From the IMG/VR virus record IMGVR_UViG_3300021479_000008, positions 1 through 55,002 of that record: a stretch of 55,002 nucleotides of DNA; one strand, 5' to 3'. The notes under the pieces were generated by a model. The model made no database searches and was not told the DNA's origin. It worked only from the letters and a program-made list of their open reading frames with translations. Within the stretch, counting starts at the first letter, position 1; each line of letters opens with the position of its first letter. Of this stretch, positions 26,722 through 36,000 are shown one piece after another. The stretch is from a virus. Lineage: Duplodnaviria > Heunggongvirae > Uroviricota > Caudoviricetes. A program made the position numbers and the translations under genes.

Positions 26722-26952
26722 ACCTCTCGTTCTAAACATTTTCTGTGACGTGAACTTGGGAGCCATGTCGATATGAATGAACGTACCCAGACTAATACGT
26801 TCACGCTGACCGTTATCTAACCGGATGAACACGACTGGACCGTGACTGTCTCTACGGATGGAAAGAAACTCAAAATTATGTGGCAACGCAAGTTCACAAA
26901 TCGCTATGAACTCGTCTACGTTTAGCTTTTCGCAGACTTCGAGCCCAGTCAT
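26713..26952 (-). CDS. Hypothetical protein
   Basis: Tightly packed ORF. Confidence 0.55.
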   Translation of the reverse strand: MTGLEVCEKLNVDEFIAICELALPHNFEFLSIRRDSHGPVVFIRLDNGQRERISLGTFIHIDMAPKFTSQKMFRTRGSV

Positions 26953-26953
26953 A

Positions 26954-27859
26954 CTAGTTGCTCCTCACGAGATTCTTTAACGATGTTTTGATTCCGTACC
27001 GCTGTTTCAACATCCCGACTGACTTGGCTATCTGGGTTTTATCTTTACTTGTGTTTCTGTACTCGAACGTTCCCTGACTGACTCGTTGTGCGCTGGTAGT
27101 GTAGTTCCTCTCCGTTACGTTGACACCTTTTATTTTCCCGTTGCTGAGATATGCATCTACCTGTACTGATGCTCCCGGTCCTTGGTGCAAATGGGCTGGC
27201 ATACTGGAAGTGTCGTAAATACGACTGACTCTTTTCTCGCCTTGGTACTCACCCGGTGCTGGTACTGTCTTGGTGACTTTGGAGATTAGAGCGAAGTCAC
27301 CTTTCAACCTATGTGGCTCCGACGAAAGATTCTTGATGTTCTCAGTTTCGTCCTTTGGCTTGACCCAAGTGAGTCTGGCTCCATCCGATGTCTTGGTCTG
27401 CATTATGACTTGACTCTTCGGAACTGACTTTATTGATATGGCGTTTGGATCAGGGGGAACTATATGTCCCGACTTATCTGTGACTGGAATAAAATTGCCT
27501 GATCTACTTACCTTACTCGGAGTACTAAACACAGGAGGAGTTCTACTATCGTGACTTTCTTGTAACTCCAGATCAGACATTTTCGCATACGGAACCATAC
27601 CGCCCAAACCTTTTACTGGGTGTAGTGGTTCTACGGCTACCATCTGATCACTGTGTCCTATCTTCGGCATTACGTTACTGACCTTTAATTCGGTACCATG
27701 CGGAAACTCAAACTTACCTCCACTCTTCGGATGGTAAGAAGACGTACCCGGTTTCATCGTGACCGTATCACCTTCTTTGATAGGACGACCGCAGTTCGGA
27801 CCATGACATCCACTGCCCGGTCCGCCTGCCAGTAACGTTATGGCTGTTTGTAGGTTCAT
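26954..27859 (-). CDS. MNLQ/GGPGSG-motif protein, putative internal head protein
   Basis: MNLQTAITLLAGGPGSGCHGPNCGRP; no SD, 6 nt after TATAAT. Confidence 0.65.
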   Translation of the reverse strand: MNLQTAITLLAGGPGSGCHGPNCGRPIKEGDTVTMKPGTSSYHPKSGGKFEFPHGTELKVSNVMPKIGHSDQMVAVEPLHPVKGLGGMVPYAKMSDLELQESHDSRTPPVFSTPSKVSRSGNFIPVTDKSGHIVPPDPNAISIKSVPKSQVIMQTKTSDGARLTWVKPKDETENIKNLSSEPHRLKGDFALISKVTKTVPAPGEYQGEKRVSRIYDTSSMPAHLHQGPGASVQVDAYLSNGKIKGVNVTERNYTTSAQRVSQGTFEYRNTSKDKTQIAKSVGMLKQRYGIKTSLKNLVRSN

Positions 27860-27865
27860 ATGCTT

Positions 27866-27875
27866 ATTATACAGA
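27866..27875 (-). promoter_or_regulatory. Putative promoter element TCTGTATAAT (copy 4)
   Basis: Exact 10-mer in an 18-bp intergenic gap. Confidence 0.6.
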
Positions 27876-27877
27876 TT

Positions 27878-28132
27878 CTAAGTTCCTATTTCCCAAAGAG
27901 ACTGCCACCATGTTAATACTTTCGCTTTTTCTGGTATTGGTTCTGTTACTGGCTCGTCTGGATGCAACAACTCAACCGGTTCAGGTATTTCTTCTACCGG
28001 AACTGGAGGTGCGTCTTCGGCGTCTATCACCATACGCACAATTGGTTTTTCACCTTTTGGTTCTACCCGTGTCACCGCACGTAACTTGAGACTTACCTTT
28101 CTGACTTTCCTTTCTTTTGGTTTCCGCGGCAT
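27878..28132 (-). CDS. Hypothetical protein
   Basis: AGGAGG RBS; basic N-terminus, Pro/Glu-rich middle. Confidence 0.6.
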   Translation of the reverse strand: MPRKPKERKVRKVSLKLRAVTRVEPKGEKPIVRMVIDAEDAPPVPVEEIPEPVELLHPDEPVTEPIPEKAKVLTWWQSLWEIGT

Positions 28133-28140
28133 ATATCCTC

Positions 28141-28305
28141 CTACGAGTTTTTCATTCGATTGTTATCGTTCGTCCACACTGGATCACCGGCACTGGGATT
28201 GACCGGAACAACCTTACCGCAAATAGGACAAGGCTTTCCGGGTACCTGTTCGGGTGAATCATGCTTGGAGGATGTCGAAGCGTCGTTAATATTGAAATCT
28301 GCCAT
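28141..28305 (-). CDS. Small hypothetical protein (54 aa) with CPIC
   Basis: Hand translation MADFNINDAS...CPICGK...KNS; AAGGAG RBS; fills the gap exactly. Not in the ORF track. Confidence 0.55.
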   Translation of the reverse strand: MADFNINDASTSSKHDSPEQVPGKPCPICGKVVPVNPSAGDPVWTNDNNRMKNS

Positions 28306-28757
28306 TACTTCTCCTTCTTATCTGGAAACGGCGGTGAATCAGGAACCGGAATTGGATTATCTCCGGCTAGTGCTGTTTCTTCCAATACCTTATCCATTAC
28401 ACCAAGCATCAAAGCAGCACTCGATCGTTGCTGTGGAGTAATGTCTGGATGCGTATCTACTGCACGTATACTCAATAATTCTTTCAATCGCGTACGTTCG
28501 CCATCGGCGAGAGTCAACGGTTTGGCTTCTAACTTTTCCAGAAGCTTATCCATTTCTTTATAGCGTAAATGTGGATGGTGGAGCTCCTTGGCTATACGAG
28601 CTTGTACCTGTGCCCACAACGGACTTACTTGCGTGCCCAATTCCACCATTTTTAATTCCATAGTTCTCATACGGGAGTACACTAAACCTATAGCGCCAAG
28701 AAAGGCAACAAATAAAGCTACAACCATACCTGCGATGATTTGTTCAAATACAGTCAT
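28305..28757 (-). CDS. Membrane protein (single N-terminal TM plus coiled coil), possibly lysis-related
   Basis: IIAGMVVALFVAFLGAIGLVY; AAGGAG RBS. Confidence 0.6.
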   Translation of the reverse strand: MTVFEQIIAGMVVALFVAFLGAIGLVYSRMRTMELKMVELGTQVSPLWAQVQARIAKELHHPHLRYKEMDKLLEKLEAKPLTLADGERTRLKELLSIRAVDTHPDITPQQRSSAALMLGVMDKVLEETALAGDNPIPVPDSPPFPDKKEK

Positions 28758-28789
28758 AGCTTTATCTCCTTTGTAAACATTACTACAGT

Positions 28790-28993
28790 TTAGTGAGGAG
28801 GACGATCTCCTTCTAAAGGATCGACTGACTGACCAGTTTGTCCCGGCACAACTGTTAACGTTGCTTTCGTACCGTCTGCATTCGTAAACTCAGTACTGAT
28901 GGTGTTAAGCTGCGTGAAAGCTTTTACTTTTGTTGGAACCCACAAAATGTCTCCAACGTTAATTACGTTACCCCAATAGTCAGTTAGCGACAT
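28790..28993 (-). CDS. Hypothetical protein
   Basis: AAGGAGG RBS; coupled to the upstream ORF. Confidence 0.55.
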   Translation of the reverse strand: MSLTDYWGNVINVGDILWVPTKVKAFTQLNTISTEFTNADGTKATLTVVPGQTGQSVDPLEGDRPPH

Positions 28994-29783
28994 ACACTGC
29001 CTCCTTTGCTACATAGATCGGATTCTTACTACTGTCCCGACGCTTGAAAAATCCAGCGTGCTTGTCTGGGTGTAGACTCCAGCATTTTCCTTCGTCCGTA
29101 TGGGTCATACTGTTCAATATTGTTCCAATCTTAAAATCTTCTTCTGGAGACGTGTAGTCTGGGCAAATGTCGTGCGTAAATTCTGTTCCAGGAATCAACT
29201 GATTCTTATCAGTCACTTTCTGCCACGTATATCTAAATGAGTTCTCAACTTGAACAACGGCGATGCTCCATTCAGTAGTAACCGGATACTGTACTTGTTT
29301 CTGATGTTCTTTGATCTCATACAACTCTTCTTTCAACTGCTCGATTGTTTGTTTATCCTTCACTATCTGTATGTGATTATACCAGGCTAACCCACCCCAT
29401 CCAAGCCAACTACAGATCAAAATAAAGCTCAATGCTACGCCTGTAACTCTGGAATACCCACGATTATCCTTCCCGCGTTGGATACTCCGGGAGCTTGTCT
29501 TTAGCTTCGAGATAAAGTATGTCCACGTAACGCCTAGTATCGTTGATCTCTGCACCATGTTTCTCACGCGTACTTTCAACCCGTGCTTCAAGCTTCTCAA
29601 AACGGGCATCCACTGTTCTCTCTCTGGTTCTGCGAGCAATACGAGCAGCGCCAAGAGCAGCAAGAATAAAGCCAGCCACGATAAGTTGGAGTGTAGCCTG
29701 TGTAAAGCTCCACCACTCACTGGCGTTGTTGGTTGCAGGTTCGAGATAAACATTATATACCATCCGCTTGGACTCCTTGTCAT
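28980..29783 (-). CDS. Membrane protein; 5' half overlaps 29464-29763 in another frame, true start unclear
   Basis: TM segment VALSFILICSWLGWGGLAWY, coiled coil, Cys-containing beta domain. Confidence 0.5.
   Translation of the reverse strand: MTRSPSGWYIMFISNLQPTTPVSGGALHRLHSNLSWLALFLLLLALLVLLAEPEREQWMPVLRSLKHGLKVRVRNMVQRSTILGVTWTYFISKLKTSSRSIQRGKDNRGYSRVTGVALSFILICSWLGWGGLAWYNHIQIVKDKQTIEQLKEELYEIKEHQKQVQYPVTTEWSIAVVQVENSFRYTWQKVTDKNQLIPGTEFTHDICPDYTSPEEDFKIGTILNSMTHTDEGKCWSLHPDKHAGFFKRRDSSKNPIYVAKEAVYVAN
29464..29763 (-). CDS. Holin-like single-TM coiled-coil protein
   Basis: AAGGAG RBS upstream; LQLIVAGFILAALGAA followed by a charged coiled coil. Confidence 0.55.
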   Translation of the reverse strand: MVYNVYLEPATNNASEWWSFTQATLQLIVAGFILAALGAARIARRTRERTVDARFEKLEARVESTREKHGAEINDTRRYVDILYLEAKDKLPEYPTREG

Positions 29784-30200
29784 TTAGTTGCTCCTGGCAC
29801 GTATTTCGACTAAAATCTCCATGTGCAAGACAGCATTTCCATAACTTCCGTCCAAGTATAGTGTATATTCTGTTCCCACTGTCGGCTGAAACGAAGCGTC
29901 TCCAAAACTTCCTTGGAATACCCCAATACTACCTGGTACAAAGTTTAACGGTACGTTGATACATTCTTGTACTGGTGCTCCGTTACTATCGTACAAGTTT
30001 CCGGTTATACTTGCTCCACTGGCCCAGTACTGATTCAACACGTTGTCGTATACACCGTTTACCACCAAAGTCTGGGTATTGCCTTGGGTAATAATCAGCT
30101 TTGCTGGCGTTGCTGAAATCATCTGACTATTTCCTCCAAGAGTTGCCCCGCCTTTTACTACAACTTGCGGACTTACGTTAGCTTGGTATACTGAAATCAT
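29784..30200 (-). CDS. Beta-rich hypothetical protein, possibly structural
   Basis: Beta-strand/Gly pattern; located in the fibre-like gene block. Confidence 0.55.
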   Translation of the reverse strand: MISVYQANVSPQVVVKGGATLGGNSQMISATPAKLIITQGNTQTLVVNGVYDNVLNQYWASGASITGNLYDSNGAPVQECINVPLNFVPGSIGVFQGSFGDASFQPTVGTEYTLYLDGSYGNAVLHMEILVEIRARSN

Positions 30201-30202
30201 AA

Positions 30203-31228
30203 TTACCTGGCAGCGATTGCCGTTCTGTATGCCGCACCATATTTCTTGTAGTTAACGTTGTTCGGGTCGTAGGCTATTTCCAAATCTGTACGATATAATT
30301 CCAACGTTGTGGGATGAAACGTCGCAGCGAATGGAATCAACGGAACCAACGACCCCGTCAATCCTTTTCCTGTTGGATCAGAAGCTCCTATTGTTTGCAA
30401 TCCCAATACCACGGCTTTCGGATACCTGATGAAGATGTTGCACCAGTCGTTGGAACAGGAATTATTCGAGTGGCTAAGAGTGATGTCGGAATTACTAAGG
30501 CTCTCTGCTCCTATTCCCAGTCCATTGTTAAATCCAGAAGCAGCTTCAGTGTCTGGATACGTGATTGGAACTAGGGGACCATTCCCACCATACATAGATA
30601 TCTCAATGGGAAATGAAGCTTTGTCGTTCTTCATTGCTGCATACATTGCATCAACGTATACTGTCCACGTGTTCTGCAACCCACTTGCGTTCTTTGGATT
30701 GGAATACGGATACAACTGCCCTGGGCACGGAATGACTGCTCCTCCACCGCCTCCGATACCCAACCTGATGTAGGCTAACTGATTCTTCCAACTGACTGTA
30801 TTGTAATGCTTAACCAATGCTGCGTGGAAGGCTTGCAATCTTGTCTGGAAGAAACTGTTGAATACGACAGGATAGTTACTGTAGGCGGGGCAACTTACGG
30901 ACGGAACCTGTTTCAACACATAGCTGGGTGTGCTCGTATTCGGACTGCCACTCGTTACTGCCCAGACAACTAATGCTATTTTCTTCTTGGCGTTGACATA
31001 CGTTTGCAGGCTGTTGTCGAATGACGTAAAGCTGTAAACGCCTTGCGATGTCTCGATCTTGTTCCACGACATGACTACAACAACACCGTCGATGTTCGGT
31101 ACTACGTATTTCTGGAAATCATTGTAGTCTGCGTTGCCTTGGTTGGGAAGATTCCAGGCCATGACTAACGGTTTTTGTCCCCAACAGAGGCTGCTTACTA
31201 ACATCATCAATACTAAAGCTTTTTTCAT
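30203..31228 (-). CDS. Secreted glycoside hydrolase-like TIM-barrel protein (GH-A-like)
   Basis: Signal MKKALVLMMLVSSLCWG; IDGVVVVMSWNKIETSQGVYSF. Confidence 0.6.
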   Translation of the reverse strand: MKKALVLMMLVSSLCWGQKPLVMAWNLPNQGNADYNDFQKYVVPNIDGVVVVMSWNKIETSQGVYSFTSFDNSLQTYVNAKKKIALVVWAVTSGSPNTSTPSYVLKQVPSVSCPAYSNYPVVFNSFFQTRLQAFHAALVKHYNTVSWKNQLAYIRLGIGGGGGAVIPCPGQLYPYSNPKNASGLQNTWTVYVDAMYAAMKNDKASFPIEISMYGGNGPLVPITYPDTEAASGFNNGLGIGAESLSNSDITLSHSNNSCSNDWCNIFIRYPKAVVLGLQTIGASDPTGKGLTGSLVPLIPFAATFHPTTLELYRTDLEIAYDPNNVNYKKYGAAYRTAIAAR

Positions 31229-31238
31229 ACCTTTCTCC

Positions 31239-33062
31239 TTATTGTACAGATGCTTTTCCGGTGACTGTGGCTTTTCCTGCCATGTTCGCCGTTCCGTTTG
31301 GAGCTTGATTCGTAAAGTTTGCTATGGCTTGGGCGTATGGATTGTTGACTCCTGCCCCACCACCTGACACATTGTAACTACCCGCACTTCCTGATACCCC
31401 GGAAATATTGATGGTAAAGCCCGTTCCCGATCCGGATGTTGCTACCGTAGCTACACCATTTCCTGTGGTACAGGCTGTCCCCGTCTGGTTGATGGAAAAC
31501 GTGAATACGGCTGTTCCACTAACGGAAGTCACAATGTATGTTGCATCGTTGTTCCCGCAAGTGACTGTTCCTTTGTCTCCAATCGCGTAGGTTGCTCCAC
31601 CTGATCCCAACGTACTAGCTATGATTCCACCCGATGATCTGTTGTACCATGACGCACAGTTTGTCAACGTACCCGGATTACCTGTTGCTGGCAGTCCTGC
31701 CCACGTAGTCGTAAAGGCGAAAAGGGCGTCACATGAATAAATCTCAGCTACCTTGGCATGTCGCTGAGCGGCGAAGCTTAGCAGATATGTTAACGAACCT
31801 GTAGCACTGGAAGCTGAGGCAGCGGCTGGTGCTCCTGTACCATTTGTTGGATCTGTCGTGGTCAACGTTTGCAGGTAATTGATCGTACCATTCAGAAAGT
31901 ACAAATTAAAATTGAAACACCAATCGCTGATACACGAAGTCGTATCGTCTACGTCATTATCTCCAGACGCATAATTGGCTGCGTCTCTATTCTGCAACCC
32001 GTTCGTACCGAATCCAAACTTATTCTGGGTAGAGTACAAGGCTTCGCAATCTGAATAGGCGGAGTTCTGCGGATTGCCGTTGGAGTGCATCGACTCAATT
32101 ACTCCCCAGGCTGGTGCATACGTTACGATTAAACTACCTATCGTAATGTACATCGATTCTATATAGCTCTTAACGTTTCCCGTTCCCGTTACGTTGCATA
32201 CTGGAACAGCTGGAGAGACTGAGCTCGTTCCTGCGTAGGCAATAGCGAATGAAGCATATGCCGCTGGAACTGTCCAGAAGTTTAAGCCCAAGACACTCGC
32301 TTCTCCTCCTTGCGTCATACCAAACTTTACGTACTTCAAATGGGATAATATCGAAGGGACGTTCGCACAGTCTGTCGTTCCTACTCCACTGGCACAACTG
32401 GCTGAGAAATGAATAAAGAACTGAGTAATAAAAGCTGGCCATGCTGTTGCTATTGGCTGTCCTGGTAACGAGACGGGAAGGCCAGTCGTATCTCCACCAC
32501 CGAATGTACACCCACCTGTAATACACTGAGTTATGTTGTACTCACATCCTGTTCCACAACCTGTCGCTCCGTTGGCGTTGCCAAAAGGACTCGTGGCTGG
32601 GTTTCCAGCGTAGTTTGCACTGACCGTCATATACTGCGGTGCTGCGGCTCCGATGGCTGTCGCATAAGTCTGGGTGAAAACGTATGGGGGAGTACAGTTA
32701 TTATTCCCGCCTTCCAACGCGGGAGCGACTATCATGCCTATTGACGTGGCTCCATTACTAATCCAGGCGTTTAGATTTGCATCTAACGTTGTCCAGTTCA
32801 ACGACATTGACGTTGCGCCCGTATCTACAACGTTCCAACAAACAATCGGCGTTACTCCTTTTATACTGGAAGCGAGTGAACCGACTGTTGCGTTGTTAAA
32901 AACGTTGTTGACTATGTCTGTGTATACTGTACCAGTTTGTCCGCCACTGGCTAACGGGGCTTGGGCTATCATTACTCCGTTAAACTGGGCGTAGGATAGG
33001 ACTGTCAATGTACACACGAGAACGAGTAATTGTAAAACCTTTTTCATTACCATACCCAACAT
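31239..33062 (-). CDS. Secreted glycoside hydrolase-like protein, paralogue of 30203-31228, with a Gly/Thr-rich insert
   Basis: Signal MKKVLQLLVLVCTLTVLSYA; shared CISDWC/CSNDWC, LQT, TG.TGSL and AEIY/LELY motifs. Confidence 0.55.
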   Translation of the reverse strand: MLGMVMKKVLQLLVLVCTLTVLSYAQFNGVMIAQAPLASGGQTGTVYTDIVNNVFNNATVGSLASSIKGVTPIVCWNVVDTGATSMSLNWTTLDANLNAWISNGATSIGMIVAPALEGGNNNCTPPYVFTQTYATAIGAAAPQYMTVSANYAGNPATSPFGNANGATGCGTGCEYNITQCITGGCTFGGGDTTGLPVSLPGQPIATAWPAFITQFFIHFSASCASGVGTTDCANVPSILSHLKYVKFGMTQGGEASVLGLNFWTVPAAYASFAIAYAGTSSVSPAVPVCNVTGTGNVKSYIESMYITIGSLIVTYAPAWGVIESMHSNGNPQNSAYSDCEALYSTQNKFGFGTNGLQNRDAANYASGDNDVDDTTSCISDWCFNFNLYFLNGTINYLQTLTTTDPTNGTGAPAAASASSATGSLTYLLSFAAQRHAKVAEIYSCDALFAFTTTWAGLPATGNPGTLTNCASWYNRSSGGIIASTLGSGGATYAIGDKGTVTCGNNDATYIVTSVSGTAVFTFSINQTGTACTTGNGVATVATSGSGTGFTINISGVSGSAGSYNVSGGGAGVNNPYAQAIANFTNQAPNGTANMAGKATVTGKASVQ

Positions 33063-36000
33063 CCCGATCCACGATAGAACGTAAGTAAATCAGCAGCGGC
33101 TCCCGTTAGACCCAGTACGTTGAAGACTGTACCAGAAGCTGATGCTCCTTCTATCGTTCCGGTAAGATGTATCTTTTGCTTTGATCCCGTACCACCTGGT
33201 GTAAATGTAATTACTGATTGTGCTGTAGTCGTAGAGGCTACATCTGTAATTACACCATCACCGATGACTGCAGCAGCAGTAAAGGCATCTGCTCCAGCCG
33301 TAAGATTAGTAGCTCCGTTTGTAGCAGTCTGTACTCCGATCTGATCTGCAGCAGCAGCTGTTGCCTGAGAGTAGTAAATTGTACAATCGAAACTCCAATT
33401 GGCTGCAACCAATGGTAACGTAGCAGTTAACCCCGTGATCGTTGTCAACGCAGTGCACGGAGTAAGTGTACCACCCGTGCCGCATGTTACATCTGCACCA
33501 GTTACAGCTATAAACTGGGCTGTCTTTATAAAACCAAGTGTATTAGCTGCGGTGGTTCCAACTCCAAGCAAACCCGATGCGACTTCGTTTATGTTTGTTG
33601 CAACCGCGGTATTGATACCACCGGAATTGAATCCGATCAATCCCGTATTGATTGTCCTTACACTACCTTGTTGCTGTGACGTACCTCCCTTATCTACCTG
33701 CCACTCGGACGTTGCTCCACCCGCACCACCTAAAAACTGTCCTAGTAACGCTGTAGCGGATGATGACGTAACTGTTACAGCAACAGAAAAGGCCGGACCT
33801 GCTATACTAGCGTTGTTCCATGTCTCCGTGACGGCTAATGCTGGAATATTTGTAGCAGTTGCATTTGTTCCTTCATCTAGTTCAGTCGAACCCGACTGCA
33901 CCCAAAACGCAAAAGGGTTCGTGATGATCGCATTCGTTCCAGCTATAGGGGCTCCACTCACGGCCAACGTTGCTGCTTTCGTAAACGTCTGGGAAGCAGA
34001 AGCTGATGCATAAGTCGGAGCGACAAATAAGAATTCTCGTTGCGTTGCCACGGTACCAGTCGTAGCCCACGTACGTGTGCCAGTTACCGTTTGTAACCCA
34101 GGCGCTTCCGTTGCTGCTGTCAATCCAGTATCAGTTGGTATTGTCAACTGCCAATACGGTAAAACTCCTGATGATCTAGTGGTAGAAGTAAACGCGACTG
34201 GCTGATTGGCTGTGATTAACGATGCTGAAAATGTAAACTTCGGTGTTCCCGTATCCGCACTTCCAACTGATCCTCCAGCTGCAACCGCTAACACTCCAGC
34301 CGCGCTCAACGTAGAAGTATTTGATGGTGTCTGCGATGCTTGTGCTCCAGCTCCTGTCATGAGTGCAGTACTGGTAAGAGAAGCTGCACTCGTTACACAC
34401 GTTGTACATGGAACTAAATCACCGGCTACGATCGTGTGGTAAGACCAGAATGACTGCACTGGAACGGATGCTGTTGCTGATGTATACCCCGTGCCGGCTG
34501 CACCAACATTAAAACTGGCTACGGCTGTACCTGCACCGTTCATCGTTGTCGTACACGTTGCGTTCGCACCATTTCCAGCAATAGCACAGGCTGGTCCGGC
34601 TCCACTACCTGGATACATTCCGGCTGGATATGTTCCTCCACTATTGAGTGGAATCGTTGCTATACCACCGCCGCTGAATGTGATTGTTCCTGCTGTTGCT
34701 TGGGTGACGTTGGTACTATAGACAAATCCCGTGGCTGACGTATTCGGTTCTACGATCTGGTATAACGTTCCACTTACTATCGGGCAGACTATCTCGACCA
34801 TGTTTCCCGTAATAGGAAAAGGATCTGCACCTTGTCCACAAGAAAATCTTCCAGCTCCCGGTGATCCGTTTGAACTTACTCCACCACCTGCGGCTACAAG
34901 ACCCACTGTACTTAATCCATTCACACCAGAATAACTCAACAATCCTGTTATATCGGTAATATTACTATCCCATCCTGGAACTGTGCTGTTGACGAATAAG
35001 AATTGTCCGTTACCTCCGATCGGTAACCTGGCCATGGCTGGTGTACTGTTCATATACAACGTATCACCGGCTGTGGTCAACGGCGCTATTGTTTGTGGGT
35101 TCTGGAGAATGAATTCTGTACCGTCATAGATCACACTAGCTATGGCTGTCGTTACTAGGTCATTGGCTATGAGAGCGGTTGTTCCACTTTTCGTAATTGG
35201 CTTGGCAGTTAGTCCATTTACCGCCAACGTTGGTGCTGCGCCACTATTATTCGCGACTGGTAGAAAATTTATCTCAAGTCCGGCTACCAACGATGTTGCG
35301 GGAGGGGCTAACGTTACAACCTGTGCTTGGGCAGTACCTGTGGCTGCCATGTACTGTGTACTGGTTAAATCTGCCCAGCTTTTATACGTTGGGTCTGCAC
35401 TATTTCCGGCTGAAGCGAACAACATATTCGTCGTACCCGGTCCTGCTCCTCCTATTGCACTTCCGTTACCTTCGTTTATACTTACTGTATGCGCTCCAGC
35501 TCCAACGTTCACGTTACATGTACTACCTAACACACAGGATTGTCCGTTGGCTGTTAACGTCGAACTTGTTGGGGAAGTCTGGGGATTCTGCAACTGGAAT
35601 TGTGTACCATCGTAAATGACAGATGCGATTGCCGTAGTAGTTAAATCGTTCGCTACGAGTGCTGTCGTTCCGCCTTTGGTGATAGGCTTGGCTGTCAAAC
35701 CATTCACAGCTAACGTCGGAGCGGCTAGTGTATTATTTGCTACCGGAAGGAAATTGATTTCTAATCCAGGAACTAATGCTGTAACAGGAGACGCCAATGT
35801 TACTACTTGGGCTTGTGCTGAACCCGTTGCGGCTACGTACTGCGACGAATCTAAATCCCCCCAACTCTTTCCTTGCAGTGCTGTACCACTTACCCACTGA
35901 GCTATCTGAACATTGGCGGGTGATCCTGATATCGTCGCGCAACCAGCGCATGTACCACTGGAAGTGACTAGAAGATTTCCGGAGCTGTCTACTTTGAGGT

